A stretch of 39,019 nucleotides of DNA from Octopus bimaculoides (Eukaryota). The position numbers were made by a program, and so were the translations under genes. A model generated the notes under the pieces. That model was not told the origin of the DNA, ran no database searches, and saw only the letters and a program-made list of their open reading frames with translations. Location: NCBI RefSeq assembly GCF_001194135.2, contig NC_069000.1:30086485-30125503 (forward strand), in the 5' to 3' direction. Every line of letters begins with the position of its first letter. Position 1 is the first letter of the stretch. Below are positions 23,823 to 35,505 of the stretch, in pieces.

Positions 23823-24101
23823 CTCTACATGCTTGCTTGACTGGCTAGAAATAGCTGTCTAATACCTTCAAAATCATATGCTACCATCTTAAGAAAAGGA
23901 AGGTTACATTAGCTAGTCCTTGATACACAATGGTTGAAAATAATGGCAAGGTTGGAGATGTTTACCACTAGAATGTCTTTGATGAAAGGTCTGCTTGATC
24001 AGAACTGACTTGTTAGTTAAACAATAACAACAACAACCATACAATATATCACACAGTACAGTCATAACATCAGTCCTCTTATGTTAAATATACAACTATA
24101 C

Positions 24102-24140
24102 CAACATTGTAAATCAGCTGCTGTTATCTTGTGATATTTC
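24102..24140 (-). CDS. Candidate mini-exon (E)KYHKITAADLQC following the 26138 exon
   Basis: Good acceptor tttcttctcttaacag|G that is phase-compatible with the phase-2 donor at 26138; donor is weak and ambiguous (T|gttggt or TG|gtatag). Confidence 0.25.
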
Positions 24141-24214
24141 CTGTTAAGAGAAGAAATACAAAGAAAAATGAGGAAGGTGTGTATGGCATAGAGACAACAC
24201 GGAAACATGTAGGC

Positions 24215-24282
<68 letters not shown>

Positions 24283-24283
<1 letters not shown>

Positions 24284-24439
24284 TGGGTTGTAACCAAATA
24301 TGAACCATTTTGTTGCACAATGAGTCTCCATCTCTCCTTTAACTTGAAAATACCCTCTTCCAAGAATTGAGGTGGTTTCATGGCAAATAAGTCGAAAGGT
24401 AAGCTACTATAAATCGGCACGAACTTTCCGGACAACCCA

Positions 24440-24440
<1 letters not shown>
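24283..24440 (-). mobile_element. Short mariner MITE inserted in a (TA)n tract
   Basis: TTGGGTTG...CAACCCAA termini; internal FLEEGIFKLKERWRLIVQQNGSYL is a mariner transposase C-terminus. Confidence 0.75.
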
Positions 24441-24470
<30 letters not shown>

Positions 24471-24482
24471 CAGACAGAAATA

Positions 24483-25374
24483 CAAAGCCTGATCAATAAG
24501 TATAAGGACAGTTGCTATAATAATGAAGCTTCAGTACAAACAGTGAAGCCACTTAGCACAGATTGACCTTGAAATCTGCTGTGCATGTCCACTAAATTTT
24601 AATGTTCTAGCTCACTCCTGCTGTTTACAGCAGTGCTTGGAAGTAAGGTGTGTAGCATGTGATAGTCGCATTGACCACGATAGAGTAAGTTGCCATGGCA
24701 ATACCTGCTCAGAGGCCTTTGCAAAGTTGCAGAAAGTGTATGAGGAGGGGTGTATGAGCTGCATACAAATGTATGACTGGTTCAGACGTTTCTAAGAAGG
24801 CCGAAAAAATGTTGATATTGACGAACATTCTGGGAGATCCACAATCAGCAGAGCTGAGAAAAACATCACAGATGTGTGTGCAGCAGTTAGAGGAAATCAC
24901 TGAATCACCATCCGTGAGTTATCAGAGGATGTGCAGATTAGTTATGGTTCAGTTCAGTCCATTATTAATGAAGATTTGGGCATGAGACACGTGTCTGGCA
25001 AGTTCGTGTCAAAACTGCTTTCAGCTGATCAAAAAAAAAAACACTTGAGTTTCAATTGTGCAAGATCGTAATTGTGTTGAGAACAATGAAAACTTTTTGA
25101 AAACTTTGCATAGCGCTCTGGGCAGGCATTGCCATGCTTTTGGCAAAATTTGATGCAGATTTTCTGCTCAACTTTGTCATGGTCAATGAGATGACCACAT
25201 GCTACAGACCTTCCTTCCAAGCACTGCTGTAAGCATCAGATGTAAGCTAGAATGTTAAATCTTTGTGCACATGTACAGCAGAGTTCAAGGTCAATCTGTG
25301 CCATGCGGCTTCACTGTGCATGCTCTAGCTTCATTACTATGGCAACAGTCTGGATACTTATTGATCACACCACG
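24483..25374 (+). mobile_element. Second copy of the same non-autonomous mariner family, opposite orientation
   Basis: Same TIR (CTGATCAATAAGTA.. / ..ATACTTATTGATCA) flanked by TA; remnant ..LQKVYEEGCMSCIQMYDWFRRF*EGRKNVDIDEHSGRS..ITIRELSEDVQISYGSVQSII.. Confidence 0.85.
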
Positions 25375-25574
25375 TATATACACATAATCCTTACAGACTT
25401 TATAGCTATGGATATACAAATGTTGACATATATAACATATAGAATTATCCACATACACAGAGTTATATAGATTACTGTCACATGCAGTGATACAAACACA
25501 TATTACACATGTACATGCCTGTATCTACACACACACACACACGCATGTGTGCACTCCCCCCCCCCACACGCACA

Positions 25575-25772
25575 CCAGAGTAAGCACATAAATGCGAAAC
25601 AAGGTGGAAAAAATAGAACTCAAATACCAGAGGTAGAGTAATATACTGCACTAAAAAGCAGCAAAAATATCACAAAAACTGTTATTCAGAGTTTCCCGTT
25701 CCTGTTTCTCAGAGAGGAACGTGAAACTCTGAGTAACAGTTTTTGCGATATTTTTACAGCTTTTTAATAAAG
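25575..25772. repeat. Two opposed copies of the hammerhead-headed repeat forming an about 50-bp-arm hairpin
   Basis: Left arm about 25655-25703 is the reverse complement of right arm 25715-about 25765; both match 16885-16977. Confidence 0.8.
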
Positions 25773-26137
25773 TATATATATATATAAATACATATATACT
25801 ATGGGATTCTTTCAGTTTCTGTCTACCAAATCCACTCACAGGGTTTTGGGTGGCCCATGACTATAGTTGAAGACACTGCCCAAGGTGCCATACAATGAAC
25901 TGAACCCAAAGCCATGTGGTTGGGAAGCCAGCTTCTTGCCACACAGGTACGCCTGTGCCTATGTTTTCCAACTCTGCTGAGTTATCCTTATTATTCGTTT
26001 CTTTCTGAATTCTTCAAATTGTAAAAGCAATTTCTGGACATCCTGTATATTAATTAAACTTGCAACATTTGAAGACTTCTTCCGAACACAAAATACCCGC
26101 CAATTAAACTCATTTTCATAATAATCAAAATACTCAC

Positions 26138-26342
26138 TCTAACGTATCTGGTGATTCAGCATCTTCAACTGATAAAGTTTCATCATCTATCTCTACCTGG
26201 ATGTCACTTATTTGATAACTTTCACTAGGAATCTCTACCTCAACAAGTTCAGATGGAGGTGGTCCCGTTGGTGGGCTAACACAGGTAGATTCCGGGTCTA
26301 AGAAAGTAACTGATTGCTTCTCAGATATTTTTGAGGTGCTTA
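26138..26342 (-). CDS. Probable N-terminal acidic/Ser-Pro exon (205 nt, phase 1/2): STSKISEKQSVTFLDPESTCVSPPTGPPPSELVEVEIPSESYQISDIQVEIDDETLSVEDAESPDTL(E)
   Basis: Long polypyrimidine acceptor tctctctttctctttcag|TA, donor GA|gtgagt, open protein-like frame on the same strand as the LRR exons. Linkage to the LRR gene is inferred. Confidence 0.6.
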
Positions 26343-26513
26343 CTGAAAGAGAAAGAGAGAGAGTGAGAAGAAAAGAAAGAAAAGGTGAGTAATGTACGTA
26401 CAAATAAACATTTCTGTCATAGATGTATATGTGTTTATTTGTGCACATGTACACACTTTAATGTGTGTATGTGTGTGTGTATGTGTGTATGTATGTGTGT
26501 GTTTGTATGTGTA

Positions 26514-26558
<45 letters not shown>

Positions 26559-26735
26559 TCATCAATGCATTTATGTGTAGGTGTCTGTCCCGGTATGTGT
26601 ATATTGGTTTGGGGGTATTTGATTGGAGTTTAGCAGTGTGTCTTGTGCTTGTGTATATTATTGTGGCTATTCAGGTATGTGTGCATATATACATATATAT
26701 ATATATATACACAGGTTGAGGTATGTATTGTTGTA

Positions 26736-26770
<35 letters not shown>

Positions 26771-27130
26771 ACGTGTATCATTGAGTTTGTACAAGAGAGA
26801 ATGTGAGCATATGTATTTGTGTGTGAATTATGATGCATGTGAACAAGTGTTCCAATAATAACGTAAAAATATAAAACAACAAATATGACAGTATAAAAAC
26901 TAAAAAAAGTATAAAACATACATCAGTTGGTTATGTGTTTAGGTCTTCAGTTATTGCGAGCATTGAATGTAGAGAGTTTATTAGTGACAGACATATGTAG
27001 AAACATGTTCTTTTTTGCTATGTATTGCAATTCAAGGACAGTAAAGGAATGGATATTTAAATGACCAAATCATTGAGCAGTAATGAAAGCAATCAGATTG
27101 AAAAATGAAGAAAAGGTGAGCTTAAATGTA

Positions 27131-27136
<6 letters not shown>

Positions 27137-27215
<79 letters not shown>
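27137..27215. repeat. (CA)n microsatellite, representative of many di- and tetranucleotide tracts
   Basis: Others at 1-46 (TA), 9440-9600 (TC/TCTG/TATC), 10180-10230, 16140-16310 (TATG/TG), 24215-24280, 26460-26560, 29429-29495, 32400-32490 and 34400-34700. Confidence 0.95.
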
Positions 27216-27219
<4 letters not shown>

Positions 27220-27539
27220 GATCGGTAAGTTTTCATAAAGCAGAAAAAAACAGGCAATTGTCTATTAGGTAATGAAGTGAGTATATTATTTATACAGTAT
27301 TATAAACTTGGTCTCAAAACATCTAATCCATGTTTCCGGACAGTTTCATGCCGAAAAACCATTCAAGTGTGTAAAAGTAAATTATCAGTCATCAGATATG
27401 ACTGAAAGGAATAATTTGACGAGGTTTTATTTTGACTGGAGGTCTGAAAATATCACTCATGATTTACAAACCTTAAAAGGGTAACCCCCTTCAGTGATGA
27501 ATGACCATGGGATTGCACCTAGACTGAGGCAGGATGCTC

Positions 27540-28660
27540 ATGTAGGGGTAACACAACTTGTCCACTAAACAGCCAATGCAATACAGAAACTGTTGTTTAC
27601 AAGGCAGAAGTAATAGCAACAGGACCCAATGAACAACCAAGCATGTGGAAATATGTGGGGGTAATGGAAGGCCACTTCAGAACCTACTTTAATAACCACA
27701 AGTCGTCATTCAACATCCCAGAGAGACGTAACACCACAACCCTAGCCAAGCACCATAGAGTACAGCATAAAGTGGATGATCATAGAAAGATGCAAGTAGT
27801 ACTTCAATAGTAGCAGGAAGTGCATATTATGCCTGGCTGACAAGAGAATGATTTTAAAAGGTAACCAATGTCCGGATATTTACCCCAATAGCAGGAGTGA
27901 GGTGTTTAATCCTTCTCTGCATGAAAGAAAGTACATTCTATCATACCTGTGTGACCCACCATGACTGCAATCACAAGTCCCCTGCCTTGACCTTCCTCAA
28001 ACGACCTTCCACCAATGCCCTTGGGCCTGGCAAAAAGTTTGACCAAGACACATACCAATGCACCCATGTACACATATGCACACCCCATAAGGTGGGCACC
28101 CCACATATAACTACCCCACCACTCCCAGCACATACCTCCTCATGCAAATTGTACCCCCAAATATACACAGACCCCACACACATGCATTATACATTACACA
28201 CCATATGCTAATATAAAAAAATCCCTCAGCTTTATCCTTTACAGAAAGAAAACAGAACAATGAACACAATGCTATATATATCTACACCCCCAGAAAAATT
28301 TATTCATATGACACTGCTAAACATACAACACACCCCGTCCCTTCCAAGACACCATATTATTAATACAAATTTCCCCACTTCAAAATAACTCTTGTCAGCT
28401 TCACAATACACCTAACCAAGGGATATAACTCCTAGTCAAATCCCCTGGCTCATTTTTCTTTTCACCACTATTTTGCAGCAGACACCGACCGGTTGTACCA
28501 ATCCACCTCTGGCAGTGAAGAGCAGTTGCCATATTCCCTTCCATGTTGGTTACCCCTGATGAGTGTAATTGTAATTAGATTGTTACCTTACACTCCATTG
28601 TATTTTTTGCGTGAAACTGATTGGTAAGACCAGCTGTGATGGACACTTAATATTATAAAA
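27540..28660 (+). mobile_element. 3' part of a Penelope-like element (Neptune-type GIY-YIG endonuclease remnant plus probable 3' non-coding/pLTR region)
   Basis: CRGNTTCPLNSQCNTETVVYKAEV...KYVGVMEGHFRTYFNNHKSSF...RRNTTTLAKH...YSIKWMII...SRKCILCLADK...NSRSEVF...HERKYIL (27541-about 27945). Extent beyond about 27950 is inferred. Confidence 0.82.
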
Positions 28661-29424
28661 TTCGGATAATATATGTCATGCTTGAGAAGAAGACCAATCA
28701 AGCTGAGCAAAGATCACAGTCATGGCAGATACCGGTGTCACACAAATTGGCACACCAGTATCACGCAAATGACACGTAAAAGCACTCATTACACTCTCAG
28801 AGTGGTTGGCGTTAGGAAGGGCATCCAGCCATAGAAAACCATGCCAAATCAGACTGGAGTCTGGTGCAGCCTTCCAGCATACCAGCCTGGTCAAACTGTC
28901 CAACCATGCCAGCATGGACAACGGACGTTAAATGATGATGATGATGATAATGATGAGGATTAGTGGAAATAACATTTTTACAGTAACTGGAAAATTCTTT
29001 AGCATGAAACTGTTCAGTAACATGAACCGTCTGTTATGAGGCTAAATTTACAACACTATATAAATAACATATATACACTCTAAAAGACAAAAGGCTGTTT
29101 TAGCTGTGTACACTGAGTTTATTACAGCCTAGTAATCTTTTTGCAATATCAGTGAATGTATTATTCATTATTTCTTATGTATGAAACACGAATTTCGTCT
29201 AGGCATTTGAATTGCAGATACCAGTCATTATCAAGGCTGAAGAAGGCTGTCATGCTTGTGAGTTACGGCAGGGACGATGTTCAACTTGCTCCAATATATT
29301 GGGTTTTTAACACATTTCTATAAAGAGATTTTCAGTCAGACACAAACCACATCATACCTTTCAATGGTGTATATATGTTAAATATGATACATTGATGGTA
29401 ACTTAAACTTAATGCTGTCTCTCC

Positions 29425-29498
<74 letters not shown>

Positions 29499-29533
29499 AG
29501 TAACAGTCTGATTTATCTCTTCATGTTACTTAA

Positions 29534-30098
29534 AAGTTTCGTGAACGTAAAAGGACATTCATCTCCTCAATCATTCAAAAGCAAAGTGAAGAAAAATATG
29601 ATTTCTTTATAATAGAGAGAATGTGAACCACATTACTCAGTTCAGGTCACATTGGTATAGTGATGACTGAGTGACAACTACTACTAGACGGAAGCATGCT
29701 ACGTGTTAAAACAGGCGAAATCTTGATGTCAGTTTATCATCGTTGCTTGATATTTGACGCATCAGTGATACCCTCCATTTAAAAAAAATCTTGTAGGAAA
29801 TATCATGAAAAAAAAAAAAGAAAAAAAAAGCGACTTCTTAGCGTCCGTGATGATTCTGGCGTGAAGGTTATTGATTTTGGAAAATTGCTTAGCAAAATCT
29901 AGGATCTTCAAAGAGGAGGGTTTTGACAGTGAAGGGTTAAAATCTATGATAAAGAACTGGGTGAATTTGAAGGCTGGTTAATTTCTGAAATCATGGAACC
30001 ACTGAAATCACTCTGTAATAAAGTAGCCATCTTTTTCTTCTTCACTTTGCTTCCGAAGAAATGAGGAAATGAATATTTTTTTCCCCGTCCACAAAACT
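29534..30098. mobile_element. MITE with about 100-bp imperfect inverted arms and TTAA flanks (Kolobok-like termini)
   Basis: Left AAGTTTCGTGAACG..CATTCATCTCCTCA..AAGCAAAGTGAAGAA..; reverse complement of right end AGTTTTGTGGACG..TATTCATTTCCTCA..AAGCAAAGTGAAGAA..; TTAA at 29530-29533 and 30099-30102. Superfamily is inferred. Confidence 0.6.
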
Positions 30099-30262
30099 TT
30101 AATATGAGGAGCTACATCAATCTGTTATTCTATAAATACAACTCCACCTATATGTCGAGTGGTACTTCCGTTTATTTGTTAATTCACTCGTTCACACCCA
30201 CACACTCACGCATGCACACACAAATGTACACGGACACAGACACAAACACGCGCACACATATA

Positions 30263-31353
30263 CGAGGAATATTCCAGAAGTTTTGAGACTTTTTTTTTAG
30301 CAGTTGTTATAACTGTCGTAGATTATTGTAATTCTAGTATATCATTACTATACATCTAATAAGCTGACGAACCAATTTTTGTTATTCCAAATTGAAGGAG
30401 ACGGATGTAACATACGTCTTACTAAACACTGTTTGCCACAACTGACCAGTTTCGAGAATGCAGTTGGGACTTGAAGATGCCGTGGAAGCTGGCTATGCAA
30501 TAAAGTTTTGTTTTAAAACGCTACAGAAACGTATGAAATGCTCCAGACCAGGGGTTTTCAAACTTTTTGACTTGCGGACCCCTTTATATTTTAGGCTTTA
30601 CCTTAGTGACCCCCTTATAAACGCTTATGAAATTTATACATAAATATTTGCTTAAAATAACATATATTTTCGCATTTATTTATTTAACAGTATTTAACAA
30701 ATAGGTTTATTGTCAATTAAAAGATTTCGATTAAAAAACATATATAAAATCAAATTGCCCATAAAAAGTATTTGCTGTCTACGGACCTCCTGTCTTGTCC
30801 TTGCGGACCACAGTTTGAAAACCCCTGCTCCAGACTGCTTATGGATTAACGTGTATGAGCCGAACACCTGTTTTTGCCTGACACAAACAGCCAGGCAAAG
30901 CGTGTCCACTAGTATGCTCATAATGTCCTCCTTTTTCGACAGTAAGGGCATCATCTACATCTACTGGGTTCCCCCTGGCCAAGCAGTAACAGAGTACTTT
31001 GTTGAGGTTTTGAGGAAGTTCAGAAAGACATTTCGTTGTCCAAGGCAAGAGAACCTGCTCCAGCACAATTCAACAGCCCACAGTTCCATCCTGGTAGCCA
31101 ACTACTTGACAGAGATGGGCATCAAAACTGTGAGCTTTGGCCGTTCCCCAAGCTGAAGAGGATGGAACCTATGACAAGGGTCCTGGAGACCTTCACTTTG
31201 GAAACCTTTCATGGGGCCTTCACGAAGCGGCTCAAGCACTACAAGTGCATTGAAGTCAGAGGTTCCGATTTCGAAGAGGATTAGATTTTTGTACTTCTTT
31301 GAAATTTATAAATGTATTTCCCGAAAAAGTCTCAAAACTTCTGGGATACGCCT
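30263..31353 (+). mobile_element. Internally deleted mariner element carrying a nested hAT MITE
   Basis: TIRs CCAGAAGTTTTGAGACTTTTT / AAAAAGTCTCAAAACTTCTGG with TA flanks; remnants YAIKFCFK, SFFDSKGIIYIYWVPPGQAV..EYFVEVLRKFRK, LLQHNSTAHSSILVANYLTEMGIK. Confidence 0.85.
30549..30827. mobile_element. hAT-family (Charlie-like) MITE, 279 bp
   Basis: TIRs CAGGGGTTTTCAAACT / AGTTTGAAAACCCCTG; perfect 8-bp TSD CTCCAGAC at 30541-30548 and 30828-30835. Confidence 0.93.
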
Positions 31354-31366
31354 TATATATATTTAC

Positions 31367-32240
31367 CAGGTTGAGTGAAAAGTTTTTTCGGATTTTCATT
31401 GATGATTTTTGGCAGAACGTTTCAAAGAAAGTGACATCAGTCTTGAAGAGAAACTAAGGCCAAGGAGAACTGTTGTGGAAGATGAGTCCTTGCTTAAAAT
31501 GGTTAAGTAAGTCAAGCACAAGAACTCGTACATTGTCGACAGAACTTGGTCCTTCGCAAAGCACCGTCAACTGACACCGCCATAAGCTCGGCCTTTTGAA
31601 CAAACGCTGTCGAGAAGCTCCCATGAACTGACCAATGACCAAGCTCAATGACATGTGAATATTTGCAAACGACTGCTGTCAAATACTCGGGAACTCGTTT
31701 TTGGCATCGAATTGTAACTGAGGATGAAAAATGGAACTATTTTCGTAATCCTAATAAGAGAAATCAGTGGCTTCGTTCCAACCAGGCTTCAGAACCTGTT
31801 GTTAAAGAAGAACGGTTTGAACAGATCATATTGTGCATTTGGTGGAATTTCAAGGGGTCATTACACTTTGAGCTTATCCCAGATGGTCATCTTGTGAGTG
31901 CTAACTTTTATGCTCAACAACTGCAGCGAGTATATGGTGCTTTGAAAGCCGAATACCCGGCACCAGTCAATTGAAGACGCGCAGTCCTACAGCATAACGA
32001 TGCCCCACCGCTAACTACTAATGTGACCAAATGCAAACTTGAGGAACTTGCGGGTCTGGAAGTACTGCTTCACTCTACATACAATCCAGTCCTTGCACCA
32101 TTAGAATACCATATTTCCGAGCCATAGATGAGGTGCAAGAAGTTTTTGCCTTTAACGTAGCCAAATGCTATATTCGTGGAATTAAGCATTTGGCACAATG
32201 ATGGCAATAAAATACGATGGGATATATTTTGATGAATAAA
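31367..32240 (+). mobile_element. Decayed mariner (DD34D) transposase relic
   Basis: RIVTEDEKW, ILCIWWNFKG, LQHNDAPP, YNPVLAPLEYHIF motifs with stops and frameshifts. Confidence 0.88.
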
Positions 32241-32438
32241 CGCTTTTGACTGACACTGGTACTTATTCTATCAGTCTCTTTTGCCGAATCACTATGTTAC
32301 GGGGGTATAAAAAACCCACACCGACTGTTGAGCGGTGGTAGTGGGCAAACACAAATACAAAGACATAGACACGTATACACACGCATATATGTGTATATAT
32401 ATATATATAAACACACACGCGCACACACACACATACAC

Positions 32439-32492
<54 letters not shown>

Positions 32493-33324
32493 GTGAGTGA
32501 ACAAACGAAAGAAGGGCACTCAACTAATTTATTGGGAGTTACAAGTATTTATCAAAACAGTTTGATTCAAATTCGTTGGTACTCTTGAGATTCAAGCGTG
32601 ATGCTAGTCGTCAGCCATTTTGAATTTGAATGACAGAAGTTGATTGTTATTACCGTAAGGTGGGCTGCGGTTAGTTGAGGAAGGTCACGCGGTGTCGTGG
32701 TTTGATGTTGGTATATGGGTAACAGTTAGTTGGAAAATACCGCATGGTGAACAGGAAATTGACCACGTGGAGGACAGGAAATAGATCACGTGGCGATTAG
32801 AAATCAGTCAGGTTGTTGGGGGTGTCGCATGAATCAACAGACGTAAGAATGCACTCACACCACCCCAACCCTAACCTGCAACTTCTGAAACCCCACCATC
32901 TGCCCTCTAGAAGGATCTTGTCTCTCAAAGGGCCGTAGTATACAGAGCCACCCTTACAACATCCGATGGCGTTACCAAATATAAAAACAATAATATATAA
33001 ATAAATATATAATAAATAGATACGGGTATGACAGCTAAAAACTTCAAGGGAAGATACTCCCAGCATATGCACTCGTGCAGATCCAGGGACAGAGAGAACT
33101 TCCCTTTCCTGTCTCGTTGACTGTCCGTTATCAGAGCTGCGTTCTTTTTGTTTGTTTGTGCGCATGTGTGTGCTTCAGTGTGCACGTGTATACACATATG
33201 ATAAGTACGTGTATATGTATGTATATATGTATGTATGTATGTATGCATGTATGTATGCATATGCATGCATGTGTGTGTATGCATATATATGTATGCGTGT
33301 GTACTTTTGCATGTATGTATACTC

Positions 33325-33541
33325 TTTTACTCTTTTACTTGTTTCAGTCATTTGACTGCGGCCATGCTGGAGCACCGCCTTTAGTCGAGAAAATCGACCC
33401 CAGGACTTATTCTTTGTAAGCCTAGTACTTATTCTATCGGTTTCTTTTTGCCGAACCGCTAAGTTACGGGGACGTAAACACACCAGCATCGGTTGTCAAG
33501 CGATGGTGGGAGGACAAACACAGACACACAAACACACATAC

Positions 33542-33572
<31 letters not shown>

Positions 33573-33742
33573 CATATATACGACGGGCTTTCAGTTTTTG
33601 AACTACCAAATCCACTCACAAGGCTTTGGTCGGCCCGAGGCTATGGTAGAAGACATTTGCCCAAGGTGCCACGCAGTGGGACTGAACCCGGAACCATGTG
33701 GTTGGTAAGCAAGCTACTTACCACACAGCCACTCCTGCGCCT
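33325..33742 (-). mobile_element. SINE family B, near full length
   Basis: Reverse complement of the 22345-22760 element, including the AAGAGTA tail. Confidence 0.85.
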
Positions 33743-35259
33743 ATTGTATGTATGTATGTATGTATTCTACATATTCATGTGCCTGTGTGTTCATGTTTGT
33801 GTGTTTGTATGCGTGTGTGTTTGTATGTGTGTGTGTGTATGTGTGTGTGTACCTCTTCTTTGTGTGTGCATGTTTGAATGTGTTTAAGTGTATGGGTTTG
33901 TGTGACTATCTACGCGCGTCTGTTATGTATGGATGTGTGTCTCCATATGTGTCCTTGTATGTGTGTGCGTAAAGTTGTAAGTGTGAAGTGTGTGTGAAGT
34001 GTGTGTATGTATATGATCATGTGTTTCAGTCTTCATTTGTGTATGTATGTGTGTGCTTGTCTATCCCCAAAACAGTTTGACAAAAACAGCCCTCCATACT
34101 CTACCAACATGCCAAAGACCACAACATGGAGGCACACTGGGTCAACTTGGCATCCACATTTTATCCAAGCTCCCGAAGGGCCCAACACTCAGATAAATAC
34201 AGGAGTACATCCTCATAAATGAAACACCCTTAGTACTAAATAGGAAATACCCGTAGAAGGTAGTGATACCCCAATACTCACAGTTTATATGTACACAGGT
34301 AGAGTTTGTTAGTGTATGTAAATATATGTATATGTAGGTAAATGGATATGTAAGTAAACAAATAAATAAATAGATAGCTACATAGGTAACATGGACAGAC
34401 AATCACACACGCATACACACATACATACGCAAATGAAGACTGAAATACACGATCACATGATTTATTGCGTGTATGCGCGTGCGTGTGTGCATGTGTGTGT
34501 GGTTGTGTGTATGTGTGTGCGTGTATGGTGCGTGTGTGTATGGTGTGTGTGTCTGTGTGTATGGTGTGTCTGTCTGTGTGGACGTGGGGTTGTGCGGGCT
34601 TGGTATGTGTATGTGTGTGTATGCCTGTATGTGTGTGTGTGGTATACATGCATATATTCATACACAACACACAGAGGTACATACACACATATGTATACAG
34701 ATTAAGTGAAAAGTGCAAGAATAATGGATAATAAAGTTAACTACCTTTCAACATGTTTTCTGTGTTGGGATCTGAAATCTCTACATTATGACGTCATCAT
34801 GTGTAAAGCGCCTTGTACATGAAATTCAGTTGAACATTATGATGTCAATGCTGCATTTAACCAGAACACATTATTCTGTTCGAAAATAGTCTACTAATAT
34901 GTTCTGTTTTTCTTTCTGTCTTTTCTTTGGGGCCTTTGGAAGTGTCTGATGCTATTCCAGTACCATTCAATTTTTTCCCCCTCTTTTACACTTTAGCCAA
35001 GTGTATTGTGGTGAATTGGCGAAGTCGTTTGAGCGTTAAGTATTTGGGGTATTTGTCACCACTTCGAGTTCAAATTCCATCGAGGCTAGCTTTGTCTTTT
35101 ATCCTTTTGGGATCTATAAATAAACTACCAATCTGTTAGTGGGGTCATTTTTTAAAATCACTCCTGCCATCAAGACACCGAGGATGCTAGTACATAGATT
35201 CTTGACCCCGATAACATGCCCAAAATATGAGGATGGTAGGAAAAATTCGTAGGCTGACT

Positions 35260-35505
35260 ATGAACTTTTCATAGTTATGGAAAAACAACAAAAAACAAAA
35301 CACTTGGCTGGGAACCAGTATCGCAGTGATGATGTCATATCTTTTGTTGATGACTCTTTTGGCCAACAGGGCGAAAGCTTCTTCACCAATGGGATCCAAG
35401 CGCTACAACACCGGTGGAAGAAATGCGTGAACTACAAGAGAGTCTATGGTCACATTCCATAAGAGTGTCTTGGTCAGCCTATGAACTTTTCGGTTGACCC
35501 TCTGT
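35260..35505 (+). mobile_element. Mariner 3'-end fragment
   Basis: HLAGNQYRSDDDV...FFTNGIQALQHRWKKCV followed by TIR-like ATGAACTTTTCGGTTGACCCTCTGTA. Confidence 0.75.

Noticed and set aside
29945-30031. ATG in good context giving MATLLQSDFSGSMISEINQPSNSPSSLS* on the minus strand, as a possible first exon
   Set aside because: It lies within the arm of the TTAA MITE and has no good phase-1 donor.
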